Below are positions 25,505 through 37,790 of a stretch of 64,000 nt of DNA, piece after piece. The stretch's first letter is position 1. Each line of letters begins with the position of its first letter. Source of the DNA: Heterodontus francisci (Eukaryota); contig NC_090378.1 of NCBI RefSeq assembly GCF_036365525.1, positions 111,404,351-111,468,350 of the forward strand, read 5' to 3'. The notes beneath the pieces are model-generated. The model was not told the DNA's origin, made no database searches, and was given only the letters and a program-made list of their open reading frames with translations. Both the position numbers and the translations under genes were made by a program.

Positions 25505-27690
25505 GAGGGAGTGAGCAGGAGATTCCCATCGCCTGTCTCTCCCACTGGAACGAGGAGGAGATTTCCATTGCCTGTCTCTCCCATTGGAGCGAGCAGGAGA
25601 TTCCCACTGACTGTCTCTCCCATTGAAGTGAACAGGAGATTCCCATCGCCTGTCTCGCCCACTGGAATGAGGAACAGATTTCCATTGCCTGTCTCTCCCA
25701 TTGGAGCGAGCAGGAGATTCCCATCGCCTGTCTCGCCCACTGGAATGAGGAAGAGATTTCCATTGTCTGTCTCTCCCATTGGAGCGAGCAGGAGATTCCC
25801 ATCGCCTGTCTCGCCCACTGGAATGAGGAAGAGATTTCCATTGCCTGTCTCTTCCATTGGAACAAGGAGGAGATTCCCATTGACTGTCTCTCCCATTGGA
25901 GCGAGCAGGAGATTTCCATTGCCTGACTCTCCCATTGGAGCGAGCAGGAGATTCCCATCACCTGTCTCTCCCACTGGAATGAGGAGGAGATTCCCATCAC
26001 CTGTCTCTCCCACTGGAACGAGGAGGATATTTCCATCACCTGTCTCTCCCACTGGAACGAGGAGGAGATTTCCATCACCTGTCTCTCCCATTGGAATGAG
26101 AAGGAGATTTCCATCACTTGTCTCTCCCATTGGAGCGAGCAGGAGATTCCCATCGCCTGTCTCTCCCACTAGAACGAGGAGGAGATTTCCATTGCCTGTC
26201 TCTCCCATTGGAGCGAGCAGGAGATTCCCATCGCCTGTCTCTCCCACTAGAATGAGGAGGAGATTTCCATTGCCTGTCTCTCCCATTGGAGCGAGCAGGA
26301 GATTCCCATCACCTGTCTCTCCCACTGGAATGAGGAGGAGATTCCCATCACCTGTCTCTCCCACTGGAACGAGGAGGAGATTCCCATCACCTGTCTCTCC
26401 CACTGGAACGAGGAGGAGATTTCCATCACCTGTCTCTCCCATTGGAGTGAGCAGGAGATTCCCAGTGACTATCTCTCCCATTGAAGTGAACAGGAGATTC
26501 CTATCGCCTGTCTCGCTCACTGGAATGAGGAAGAGATTTCCATTGTCTGTCTCTCCCATTGGAGCGAGCAGGAGATTCCCATCGCCTGTCTCGCCCACTG
26601 GAATGAGGAAGAGATTTCCATTGTCTGTCTCTCCCATTGGAGCGAGCAGGAGATTCCCATCGCCTGTCTCGCCCACTGGAATGAGGAAGAGATTTCCATT
26701 GTCTGTCTCTCCCATTGGAGCGAGCAGGAGATTCCCATCGCCTGTCTCTCCCACTAGAACGAGGAGGAGATTTCCATTGCCTGTCTCTCCCATTGGAGCG
26801 AGCAGGAGATTCCCATCGCCTGTCTCTCCCACTAGAACGAGGAGGAGATTTCCATTGCCTGTCTCTCCCATTGGAGCGAGCAGGAGATTCCCATCGCCTG
26901 CCTCTCCCACTAGAACGAGGAGGAGATTTCCATTGCTTGTCTCTCCCATTGGAGCGAGCAGGAGATTCCCATCACCTGTCTCTCCCACTGGAACGAGGAG
27001 GAGATTTCCATTGCCTGTCTCTCCCATTGGAGCGAGCAGGAGATTCCCATCGCCTGTCTCTCCCACTAGAACGAGGAGGAGATTTCCATTGCCTGTCTCT
27101 CCCATTGGAGCGAGCAGGAGATTCCCATCGCCTGCCTCTCCCACTAGAACGAGGAGGAGATTTCCATTGCTTGTCTCTCCCATTGCAGCAAGCAGGAGAT
27201 TCCCATCACCTGTCTCCCCCACTGGAACGAGGAGGAGATTTCCATCACCTGTCTCTCCCATTGGAATGAGGAGGAGATTCCCATCACCTGTCTCTCCCAC
27301 TGGAACGAGGAGGAGATTTCCATCACCTGTCTCTCCCACTGGAACGAGGAGGAGATTTCCATCACCTGTCTCTCCCATTGGAATGAGGAGGAGATTTTCA
27401 TCACCTGTCTCTCCCATTGGAATGAGGAGGAGATTCCCATCACCTGTCTCTCCCACTGGAACGAGGAGGAGATTTCCATCACCTGTCTCTCCCATTGGAG
27501 TCAGCAGGAGCATCCCATCGCCTGTCTCTCCCATTGGAGTGAACTGGAGATTCCCATCGCTTGTCTCTCCTATTGGAACAAGGAGGAGATTCCCATTGAC
27601 TTTCTGTCCCATCGGAACAAACAGTCGAGTCCCTATGCCTGTCTCTCCCATTGGAGTGAACAGGAGATTTTCATCATCCAATTCTCCAAG
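25505..27690. repeat. 39-bp minisatellite (~56 units, frequent 78-bp dimer)
   Basis: Units GAGCAGGAGATTCCCATCGCCTGTCTCTCCCACTGGAAC and GAGGAGGAGATTTCCATTGCCTGTCTCTCCCATTGGAGC. They produce 13-aa repeat ORFs on both strands. Confidence 0.97.
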
Positions 27691-28291
27691 AGAGGTGGGA
27701 TATGTTGTACATTCAGTGATAACACTATAAATAAATGTTCGTTTTCCCATCTACTGATAAGGGCAAGAAGAAAGCATTGACATCTTATAACGGTGTTTGA
27801 GGGGACAGTGGGAACGTGTGGAGGGAGTGGGGTTAGAGATGTCCACTCTATACTGAGTATTGGCAGCAAAGACTGTCAAAATGCTGAGGTCAATGTGGAA
27901 GGCTGATGGTCTTCATGGACATTGATGATTGGTGTTTACTGAAGAATGACCAATCTGGACAGGGAGGGGGAGTGATGAGGGAGGGAAGGGTTCTTCATGA
28001 CTGTGTTCAATGCTTCCTTCACCTGGAGTGTACATACATGCAAAGAACAACTAGGCAGTAATGGAACCCTGGTTATTTCCAAACCCCATCTTCCCCGTCC
28101 CTCACCCAGGGACACTGATTGTTGCCCTAGGAGGGACTGGCGAATTCTTGCACACACCCTGGGATCAAACCTGGGACCCACCCCTCCCAGTCAGTGGGGC
28201 AATGGTCCAGCTCTACCTTGGCAGGCTGTGTCTGTTGAGGGTTCGGCGGTGGGGTTGGGGGGGTGGTGGGGGTGGTCCCTGTATGATTTAC

Positions 28292-28551
28292 CTGTTCATA
28301 TTTCTCCAGCTCAGTGTGGTAGATCTGCCGGATCTGGGTGAGCTTGGCTCTGTAGTCTGAGTGCTCAGCCGAGTTGTCAGTCGTCGCTCCTCCAGAGACG
28401 GCAGCGGCAGCGGCGGCAGCAGCGGCTGCAGCCGAGGCGGACCCCCCACCTTTCTCCGGCCCCGCAACACCCTCCGCCAGCAGCATGTTGTCCAGTCGCA
28501 CAAGCTGGGGGTCCGGAGGCTCCTCTTCCTGAGCACCTCGGATACTCAACA
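28292..28551 (-). CDS. PBX1: PBX-family homeobox gene, internal coding exon (equivalent to PBX1 exon 3; PBC-A end, poly-Ala linker, PBC-B start)
   Basis: Translates as (V)[40 protein letters not shown]11[36 protein letters not shown]. Acceptor ctcttgcag at 28560-28552, donor GTAAAT at 28291-28286. Length 260 bp, starts in phase 1, ends in phase 0. [12 protein letters not shown] and EGVAGPEK favour PBX1 over PBX3, but the paralogue call is less certain than the family call. Confidence 0.93.
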
Positions 28552-30184
28552 CTGCAAGAGAAGAGAACGTCTGTTAGACTGTGATGGCCAAGCATCAAAA
28601 CACGACCACACATCATACCTGGTACAGTAGAGGGGAAGGAGAGCGAGAGGATAAATGGCCAACGCTAGTTTTCAAACAATAGTTTGAAATGGCCCAGGGT
28701 GACATTGAAGAAACAGATTGAGGGTTTTTTTTAAAATAGATTTGAAACTCAACAGGCAGGTAATTTTACAAGCCTGAGCTCCTGGCACCGACTTGCACTT
28801 GCAGGAAGTGTGTGTCGGAGCTCTGGGTGCGACTTGTACACCTAAGTTTCTGTCCTGTACTCTGTGTGAACTTAGCTCCCCAAAGGGAGAGCAGTGTCAC
28901 ATGGAATTACCCCGAATCTGTTCAATAGCTGTGGAGCTGTGAGCAGGTGCATAGTCAACGCAACAAAGTATCAGTTTCAGGATGTCAAGCCCAAAGTGTA
29001 CACTGTTCTTCTTCCATGGCACCTGAGTTCAAACATTGGAGGTTGTGCAGGGAGCAGCAGGACTGAGTTATGGGGAAAGACTGGAGACCTTCCAACTTTC
29101 AGAAGGAGACATCTCGAGAGAAAGATAACATGGTCAACATTTGGAAAACAACTTCAAATTAAAGCATGACAGTGGGACAAAGAGGCACAGGCATACCTAC
29201 AACTGAGGTCAGGACACACTAAGTCACAGGCACATGGATAGGCTACAGTAGTGGAGGGAAACACTGCTAACATTATTAGCAGGAGGCCAGGAGGTGGTTA
29301 GGTCTATTGTGATGGATGAGCCCAGACTGCTCCATTGGACTTCAACTGTGATTCATGGTGTGAATTTTGATTTCTCCAATCATGTACAGAGGGAACATGC
29401 CCAGAGCAGGCACAATGGCCCAAGTGTGTTAACGTGCATTGCAAATACGTAAAGTGGGTACCACCAGTGCACAGGGATCTGATCATTCCATCTAACTTCT
29501 GCTGTTGTTTCCATTCCAGAAACTGTTCTTCAGACCAGTTTAATGAAAAATGCAACTGAATAAAACCCGTTTGGAATGAAACTGTGACGAGGGAGGTGGA
29601 AGCTATGGTGCCATGTTGACCACAGAAATGAACCAGTCCCAGAAGCCTCTCCACTACCCCTCCCCCCCACCTGGCCCTTCAAACAGACAGCAATGCCCCT
29701 TTATGTTCCCTATTCAGCATGTTGCTACTCATAAACCAATGGTAGCATCCGACTTGACCTATTCATCAGCTTATAAAGTAAGTGAACGTTATTAGATTCT
29801 CTTTTCATTACTGGCGGGATCTCAATGAGGTTTTGTCTCATGGACTTTGGAACTGCCATTATCAGTACGTCAGTTCATCTTCATCTCAGCTATTAATGAG
29901 AAGGATACAGATAAATCTTGGCCCCTGGGAGTTGAAGCTCTGCTCATTACCAGGGGTCTGTCACCAGCCTCACTGCCTAGGTCAGGATCTGGCTTCACTG
30001 GCAGCCAAGGATAGCCCAGTGGCACTGACACACCCAGTGGGGTAGAGGGAGACAGAGGTGCCCAGCAACGTCACGGTACCAAGCTGAATACAGTGAGGAG
30101 ATAGAAGAGGTGAGTCTGAGGTCACAGAGTTCACAGTTGCCCTACTCCCGCCCATTGAGTTTTCACCATTTGCACCCATTTGTG

Positions 30185-30580
30185 GGCCTTAGATCCCTCT
30201 GCACCTCGGAATTCTGCAGTCGTTCTCCGTTTAAGTAATACTTTTTTTTTTATTCTTCCTGCCAAAGTGAACAACTTCACATTTTCCCTCATTATACTCC
30301 ATCTGCCAGATTTTTGCCCACTCACTCAACCTATCTATATTAATCTGCAACCTCCTTATGTCCTCTTCACAGCATACATTGCTATCTGCCTTTATGTCAT
30401 TTGCAAATTTAGCTACCATGCCATCGCTCCCCTCATTTAAGTCAGCACAGACCCCTGCAGGACTCCACTCGTCACATCCTGCCAATCAGAAAAGGGCCCA
30501 TTTATGCATATTCTCTGTTTTCTGTCAGCCAGCCAATCTTCTATCCAGACTAAATATGTTACCCACTACACCATGAGCTG
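30185..30580 (-). mobile_element. CR1 RT fragment
   Basis: VAKFANDIK..IDRLSEWAKIWQMEYN.GKCEVVHFGRKN. Confidence 0.85.
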
Positions 30581-30889
30581 ACCAGAGATGACCAGTACAT
30601 ATTTTAACAATCGGGTTTACTAACAGAGGATACCAATACCTATCCATAAAAGCCTACTATTTTTTCACAAGAACTGCAGACAAAAGCCTCTGAAACTTTC
30701 TATTGTGTTCCTGCCAATGGCTTCAGAATATTTCTACACTCAATCGCCTGCAATACCTGCCGGAAAGTCCATGTTTATCGCTGCGAACAAGGTCAACATC
30801 AGTTGTGATGATTCCCCATTCACAATGTCGCATAGCCTGCTGATGTTTCTTATCAAAGCTTACCTCAGCTTGGTCAGTGGTTGCACTCT

Positions 30890-31180
30890 CATCTCTGAAT
30901 CTGAACCCTTGGGGGTTCAAGCCCTACTCCAGTGATTTGGGTACCAAATCTCAGCCTACACACGAGCACAAAAATCAAGGCTGATACTCCATTCCAATAC
31001 TGAGGGAATGCTGCACTGTCAGAGGTGCCATCCTTTAGATGAGAAGTTAAATCGAGGTCCCATCTACTTACTCAGATGGATGTAAAAGATCCCATGGCAC
31101 TATTTTGAAGAAGAGCAGGGGAGTTCTCCCTGGTGTTCTGGCCAATAATGATCCCTCGATCAACATCACAAAAACAGATT
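30890..31180 (+). mobile_element. DeuSINE (SacSINE1/AmnSINE1-like)
   Basis: GGGTTCAAGCCC B-box-like head and Deu core GCTGCACTGTCAGAGGTGCC..GATGAGA.GTTAAA..GGATGTAAAAGATCCCATGGCACTATT..GAAGAGCAGGGGAGTTCTCCC. Confidence 0.8.
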
Positions 31181-31189
31181 AAGCTGTTG

Positions 31190-32410
31190 TCCTTTTAAAC
31201 TGAGGCCATGTCTGTCCTCTTAGGTTGATGTAAAAGATCCCATGTGTTCTGATCCTGTAGTTTTTTTTGTCTGGGAAGAATGCGGTGTGCCTTTAAGGCT
31301 GGAAAAAGAGCCGTACTGCTTTAAGGCAGCAAACTGTAAAGACTGAGTCAAAGAATGCATTCTCATTGCCCGGGATACAGCTATTCGGAGACTGTGATTC
31401 AAAGGGTGCATTCTTGTTGCCTTGGATATGGCCACTCGGACTGAGCATCGAGAGATACATTTGTTACAATTTAATTTTGAACTGGCTTATAGTACAAACA
31501 GCCTGTTCTAACAGAGGAAAACAGACAGACAGCTGTGTGTTAGCACCTGAAAGGAGAAACAGACCATTTAAACTGAAGGAAGAGAATTTAGTTTATTTAT
31601 TATTCTCTCGCAAAATTCTAAAAAGTCAAGCCAAAACAGAGATCTCTGATAATTTAAACTGAAGGAAGGGAGTTAGATTGTGACAATCTTTTATCCCTCA
31701 AAAATTCTAAAGCCAGATTGATTCTATTGAAAGTGGTTGCGAGTTATTCTTCTGTGGTCATCGCTGGAGAAGGAAAGCATCACTTACTGCTGGAATTAGA
31801 CTATGGATTGTTCTACTGTTGAAGAACCTTTTTTCTCCCCATTGGATGGCTCTGAGGACTTCAAGCAACCTTGGACTTTTTCACTTCTGGCAGGAGTGTA
31901 AATTTGCAAGGACTCTAATTTTTTCTATTTTAAATGTTGTTTATATCTTAGTAATGTTTAAGAATTTAGTTTTTCTAATTAAAGAGTTAATTTGTTGATT
32001 TAAAGACACCTGGTTTCGTTAGCCTCATTCAGGGGTCAATAGATGGTACAATTTGGCTGGGTCTTTAATTTGGAAAGTTTAAGATGACATGTTAGGTGAT
32101 CTGTGAAGGGATGGGATTGAATTATCAGTGCGTTTCTCCCACCACAATCCAAATCTTATATTTTGATTGGGGGCTTTGACTGGAGCGGTCGGTCATAACA
32201 CATGGCACTATTTGAAAAAGAGCAGAGCAGTGTTTCCCGGTGTTCCTGGCCAATATTTATCTTTCAACCAGCATCACTAACAAATAGATGAGCTATTCAT
32301 TAACACATTATTATATGTGGGATCTTGCAGTGCACAACTTGGCTTCTGTGTTTCCTAAATTACAACAGAGACTACACTTGGCTGTAAAGTACTTCAGGAT
32401 CTGCTGTGAA
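31190..32410 (+). mobile_element. DeuSINE split in two by a solo LTR
   Basis: The Deu core ..GATGTAAAAGATCCCATG stops at 31244 and resumes at 32201 as CATGGCACTATTTGAA..GAGCAG. Confidence 0.75.
31245..32200. mobile_element. Solo LTR (956 bp, TG...CA, 4-bp TSD)
   Basis: Begins TGTTCTGATC and ends GGTCATAACA (imperfect inverted termini). CATG is duplicated at 31241-31244 and 32201-32204. No coding remnant was seen. Confidence 0.8.
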
Positions 32411-32619
32411 CAAGTATCCAGGTCCACAATTATTCTCCAGCAATACCCTGAAAGGCTGTCACTTGTTATATTGCCACCGTTGGCAGTGAGCAGCTCCTGC
32501 GTTTGCCTATGTAACAACAGTCAGAGCACTTTGGAGTAACTGGCACTTAGAAATTTGACTGGGCACTGTATTAATACAATGTCTTCCTTTCCTGTCACAC
32601 CCACAACCAATTGAAACTT

Positions 32620-33332
32620 TGGGCCTACTTTTTAGGCCCTGCTGGGGTGAAGAATAGCGCCGCCAGCTTGTGTGCCGGTTCCCCGGCTCCATCCCGCCCC
32701 TGGGCCATTTTCCCAAAAGCAGGATGAGGGAGAGGCAGGGATCCCCACTGCCACATGGCGCGTAGCCATTAAACCAATTAAGGGCCTATAAAGGCCTGTT
32801 AACAGAGGTCAACCGGGATTTTCCAGTTGGTCTCCAGGTTGCCACGGGTGGTGGGGGCAGGTTTAACTACCTGGAGGCAGCATCCCAGCAGCAGATGGTG
32901 GCCGGCACTCCAGGCAGGCCCAGAGGCCCTCCTTGACTGCCTGGGTTCAGGAACAGCTGCAGGCCACCCTGTAGTGAGGATTCTGCCCCCCCACCCCACA
33001 CACACACAATGGTGGCCTGGCTGCAAAAGCCATTTTATATTTAAACTTTAAAAGGTTGGAGAGAGGGCGCCTCCATTTTGAAGCGCCCTCTCTCCTACTT
33101 ACCTTCCATTGCAGCCTGTTGCTGCTTTCAAGCTGGAAGGCCTCTGATTGGTCCACCAGCTTTAAGAGCCTGCCCACTGCCCTTAATTGGACAGTGAGCC
33201 TGCCCCATGGCCATTAATTGGCCGCTCCAGGGAAAATCACAATGAGTGACAGTTTCCCACACAGTGCAGGCATCTGGCCCCCTTTTGAGCCTAATGTTGG
33301 GGTTCAGAAGCCCGCAGGGGAAACTCCAGCCC
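32620..33332. mobile_element. GC-rich non-coding MITE-like element
   Basis: Starts GGGCCTACTTTT and ends GAAACTCCAGCCC. Internal CAATTAAGGGCC, CTCTGATTGG and CCTTAATTGGACAG motifs are shared with the related copies. Confidence 0.55.
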
Positions 33333-34177
33333 TTAGATGGGAGTAACTGAGAGCTATGGTACCAGTGGAAACCACAGTCCAGCATCCTTCCGAGCTTTCA
33401 GAAAGGAAGGGACAAAACTGAAGAAGAAAAAAAATCTCATAATCAACTCACAATCTAATTAAAATGGCATTGAAGAGAAGCAATGGATTTAAACGATTGC
33501 CCATTTCTTCCAGGCCAGGACATTGTGTGTGTATGTCTTCATGACTATCGTGAAGGACAAATCTAAAAACACTAGAGTTTAAAAAAAAAGGTTTCTGTTC
33601 ACCACTGTGCATAATTAAGAGAACGAAACACACAGATCTAAATGAGGCTTGACATTTATGGAATATAATGGGATCCGAGGGGAATTCAGTGAGATCCGCA
33701 TGCCTTTTAACCAACAGGACATGATACCAACAGATATCACTGGCGCTAAGCATGCCACAGAAACCCGCTGTTAGCTATTTAACAAAGAAAAAAATTGCAT
33801 TAATTTTTCAGTAGTACGTGTCAGGAATCTGTATTCTGGAGTTTTGGAGTTGAACAAATATGCACTCAAGTAATTGCATGTTTTTGTTTCCCGACTTAAA
33901 GAGCCATCGTCACCATGTTGCGAGAACATTCCACCCCCCTACCTCTTCGGACACGGGACCACACTTTTTTTGTTGGAGAACAGTTGCCATGCAATTGTAC
34001 TAGATTTGCCAAAGAGAGAGGGAGAGAGAGAGAAAAGAAAGAAGTCGAAATAACTTTTTGCAATGTATGTGTACATCACATATAGTAAGGAAAGAAAAAA
34101 AATTGCTTTTATACAACACATTCCACAACTGTCGGATATCCCAAAGCACTTCTGAGTCAATTAAAGTGCTTTTGAAT

Positions 34178-34310
34178 AAAAGCAAAATACTGAAGATGCT
34201 AGAAATCTGATATAAAAACATAAAGTGTTGGAAATACTCAGCAGGTCAGGCAGCATCTGTGGAGAGAGCAGAGTTAACGTTTCGGGTCTATGACCTTTCC
34301 TGCCAGAAAT
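34178..34310 (-). mobile_element. Penelope-like terminal repeat fragment with degenerate hammerhead motif
   Basis: Similar to 15057-15197. The minus strand has aggtc-ata-gaccc-GAAACGTTAACT. Confidence 0.55.
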
Positions 34311-34459
34311 GCAGCCCTCACTTTCAAGTTATCCATTCTACCCATTTTTTTTATACCATACTTCAGTTTTTGGAAGATTTTTAGCTAAAGAGCCAAATCA
34401 GTGGCAATTTGGGAAGTAGAGTAGTAGGGTTGGTTGGAGGCAAGTAGTATAGGCCGAGA

Positions 34460-34705
34460 TGGAAGATGTCTAAAAATGAGAGCCAGATCTTTCGAATGTG
34501 AAATCGAGAAACTCTCTTCCGCAAACGGCAATTGACGCTAGATCAATTGTTAATTTTTAAAACTGAGATTGATGGACCTTTGCTAATCAAAGGTATTAAG
34601 GGATCTGGGGCAAATGTGGGCATATGGAGTTATGCCATAATCTCATTGAATGATGAAACAGGATCGAGGGGCTAAATGGCCTCCTCCTGTTCCTGTGTTC
34701 ATATG
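34460..34705 (+). mobile_element. CR1 3' tail fragment
   Basis: tttaaaactgagattgat..ggtattaagggat..gaatg..cagg.tcgaggggctaaatggcctcctcctgttcctgtgttc. Confidence 0.7.
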
Positions 34706-35294
34706 AGAGGAAATACTGAGGATTACAGCACCATCACTGGAAGAGACGATAATTACATCAGTGAATTCCAGTTTAAATGCAGACATCGGAACTTGTCATG
34801 GGAAATGTTGACAAGCGTGTGACAACAGCGTGACAACAGGAAGTAAGGCTTAGTAGACAGTAAGTACATGCAGATGTAAGATGTTTTATTGCATTACATT
34901 TGGTGTAAATATATTTAATAATAAAATTATAAAATAAGACATGTCTCTGTGCAGTGCCTGTGCATCATACTTTAAGGAATCCATCAGACTGTCTATATGC
35001 AAATATATGTCCTACTTTCACCTAATTGGCTCATATTCATAAACCAGCAACAAATCACAACCAGGATGCACTGCACCAATCAGCAAGCAGAGAGCAGGAG
35101 TGAAAACAGGCAATTCTGAAGATTAAAAAAAAACTAGAAATCAAAAATCATCTGTCAGCTAAAATGACCAAGAAAAGAACTAAATCATTCCAACTATTCT
35201 GGAAAATTGTTTCACCAGTCATTTTGTCCCTCAACCATCTGACTACACACGAGTTTAAAAAAAAACTACATCTTATAGCATAACCAACATTTAG

Positions 35295-35440
35295 GAGAGG
35301 GAAGCAGAGAACAAAATGGATGACAGATATAATGGACTGGATGCAGTCGACCTATGCAGAATGTGTAAGGACAGTACAGGACAGACAGAGGTGGCAATCC
35401 ATGACAGTCAACCTTCTGAGAAGAAGATCACACCAACAAA
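35295..35440 (+). mobile_element. RTE/BovB-like 3' end
   Basis: Translates as RGKQRTKWMTDIMDW...CVRTVQDRQRWQSMTVNLL, which resembles an RTE ORF C-terminus. Confidence 0.6.
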
Positions 35441-35540
35441 CCAACATTGAGAACTTTATTAATTTGCAGCAACGAATCGAAGATACCCACAAAAACGCCC
35501 AACTCCTGTTTCAGATGAGATTGATAAGTTTTGCCCCAAT

Positions 35541-35675
35541 TAAAGTTGCCAACTCTGGTTGGATGTATTCCAGGATATTTAATGTCCCCCATGAGTTTCC
35601 TCCACCATTGCTCCCAGCTGTGTCCTGGAAATTACTCTTCAATCCCTAGAAATTCCTAGAGGATCGGCAACCCTA
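35541..35675. mobile_element. Internally deleted hAT-type MITE (same family as 62017-62403)
   Basis: GTTGCCAACTCTGGTTGGAT ... GGCAACCCTA termini. Confidence 0.55.
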
Positions 35676-36014
35676 TTATCCCAGGCAAAATAGTCAGCCA
35701 GAGGCCTGGACATTGGGGTTGGTTGTGAGGCTGATGTCTGTGCTTCTGTCCCTGAGCAAATCCAGTGTGGCAGTCTGCCATATTTTTGATAAGACCATCC
35801 CATCTGCTGATGCTGTCCCACTGAGTCCTGGCAGACAAGTCCTTCCAGGACTGGCCAAGCAATGGGAGGCTACAACTGAGAGTATTTGGTCACTCTGCAT
35901 GAGAGGCCATAGTAATAGGATACAGCAAGTTACGTAGCAAAACACTGCGACTGTTAGCAAGCAACACATCTAACTCACTATGAGCAATGCCACAGCATTA
36001 CTGCATTATATATT

Positions 36015-37790
36015 AGAGTCATAGAGTCGTACAGCATAGAAACAGGCCCATGCCGACCATAATGTCCATCTATACTAATCCCACCTGCCTGCATTAATTC
36101 CATATCCCTCTATGCCTTGCTCATTCAAGTACCTGTCCAGATGCCTCTTAAATGTCACTACTGTTCCTGCCTCCACCACCTCCTCTGGCAGCTCATTCCA
36201 GATACCCACCATTCTTCGTGTGAAAAATTTACCCCTTTGATCCCCTTTAAACCTCCTCCCTCTCACCTTAAATCTCTGCCCTTTAGTTTTAGTCACCCCT
36301 ACCATGAGAAACTGACTCTGGCTATCTACCCTATCTATGTCTCTCATAATTTTATATACCTCTATCATGTCCCCTCTCAGCCTCCTTCGCTCCAGGGAAA
36401 ACAAACCCAGCCTATCCAATCTCTCTTTATATCTCAAGCCTTCCAAACCAGGCAACATCCTTGTGAATCTTTTCTGCATCCTCTCTAGCTTAATCACATC
36501 TTCCCTGTAGTGCGGTGACCAGAACTGCACACAGTACTCCAAATGAGGTCTAACCAACGTTATATACAACTGTAACATGACGTCCCAACTCTTGTACTCA
36601 ATGCCTCGGCGATGAAGGCAAGCATGCCATATGCCTTCTTCACCACCCTTTCTACCTGTGTTGCCACTTTCAGGGAACTATGTATTTGCACCCCAAGGTC
36701 TCTGCTCAACAACACTCCCCAAGGCCCTGCCAGTCACTGTATATGTCCTGCCCTGGTTTAACTTCCCAAAACGCAACACTTTGCACATGTTTGCATTAAA
36801 TTCCATTTGCCAATCCCTTGCCCACTTTCCCAGTTGATCTATATCCTGTTGTAACCTTAGACAACCTTCTTCACTGTCCACTATACCACCAATTTTGGTG
36901 TCATCTGCAAACTTACAGCAAATCATGACCCCTACATTCGCATCCAAGTCATTAATATATATGACAAACAACAGAGGGCCCAGCACCGATCCCTGCAGCA
37001 CACCACTGGTCACCGGCCTCCAATCTGAAAAACAGCCCTCCACTTCCAGCCTCTGCCTCCTATCACCAAGCCAATTTTGTATCCAATTGGCTAGCTCACC
37101 CTGGATCCCATGTGTTCGAACCTTCCCGACCAGCCTACCACGTGGGACCTTGTCAAAGGCCTTGCTAAAGTCCACGTAGACAACGTCCACCGCCCTGCCC
37201 TCGTCAATTCTTTTGGTCATCTCCTCAAAAAACTCAATCAAATTCGTGAGACATGATTTCCCACGCACAAAGCCATGCTGACTATCCCTCATCAGACCTT
37301 GCCTTTCCAAATGCATATAAATCCTGTCTCTCGGAATCCCTTCCAAAAACTTTCCCACCACTGATGTAAGGCTCACCAGCCTGTAGTTCCCTGGCTTATC
37401 CCTGCTGCCCTTCTTAAATAAAGGCACAACATTAGCTATCCTCCAGTCTTCCGGTACCTCACCCGTGGCTAACGATGATACAACAATCTCTGCCAGGGCC
37501 CCAGCAATCTCCTCCCTTGCTTCCCATAGCATCCTAGGCTGCACCTGGTCAGGCCCTGGGGATTTATCCACCTTAATGCACTTCAAAACCTCCAACACCT
37601 CCTCCTTTGTAACGTTGATATGCTCCAGGATATTGCTGTTCCCTCCCTTGAACTCACTGGCTTCCATGACCTTCTCCACGGTAAATACAGACAAGAAGCA
37701 TTCATTTAAGACCTCGCCCATTTCCCGTGGCTCCACACATAGATTGCCACACTGATCCTTAAGGGGACCTACTCTCTCCCTAGCTACCCT
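36015..37790 (-). mobile_element. CR1 LINE 3' half (RT), same subfamily as 7531-10630
   Basis: 404-aa and 167-aa ORF pieces with RT motifs (FADD). High nucleotide similarity to 7545-9312. Confidence 0.95.

Noticed and set aside
25484-27750. 748-aa and 752-aa ORFs as real protein-coding genes
   Set aside because: They are translations of a 39-bp (13-codon) tandem repeat, open on both strands, with no unique domain or gene structure.
28127-28552. 141-aa ORF as a complete gene
   Set aside because: The start is the splice acceptor (ag/TG) and PBX similarity ends at the GT donor at 28291.
28670-28690. Hairpin TTCAAAC-AATA-GTTTGAA near the exon acceptor
   Set aside because: A 7-8 bp AT-rich inverted repeat is expected by chance in 64 kb.
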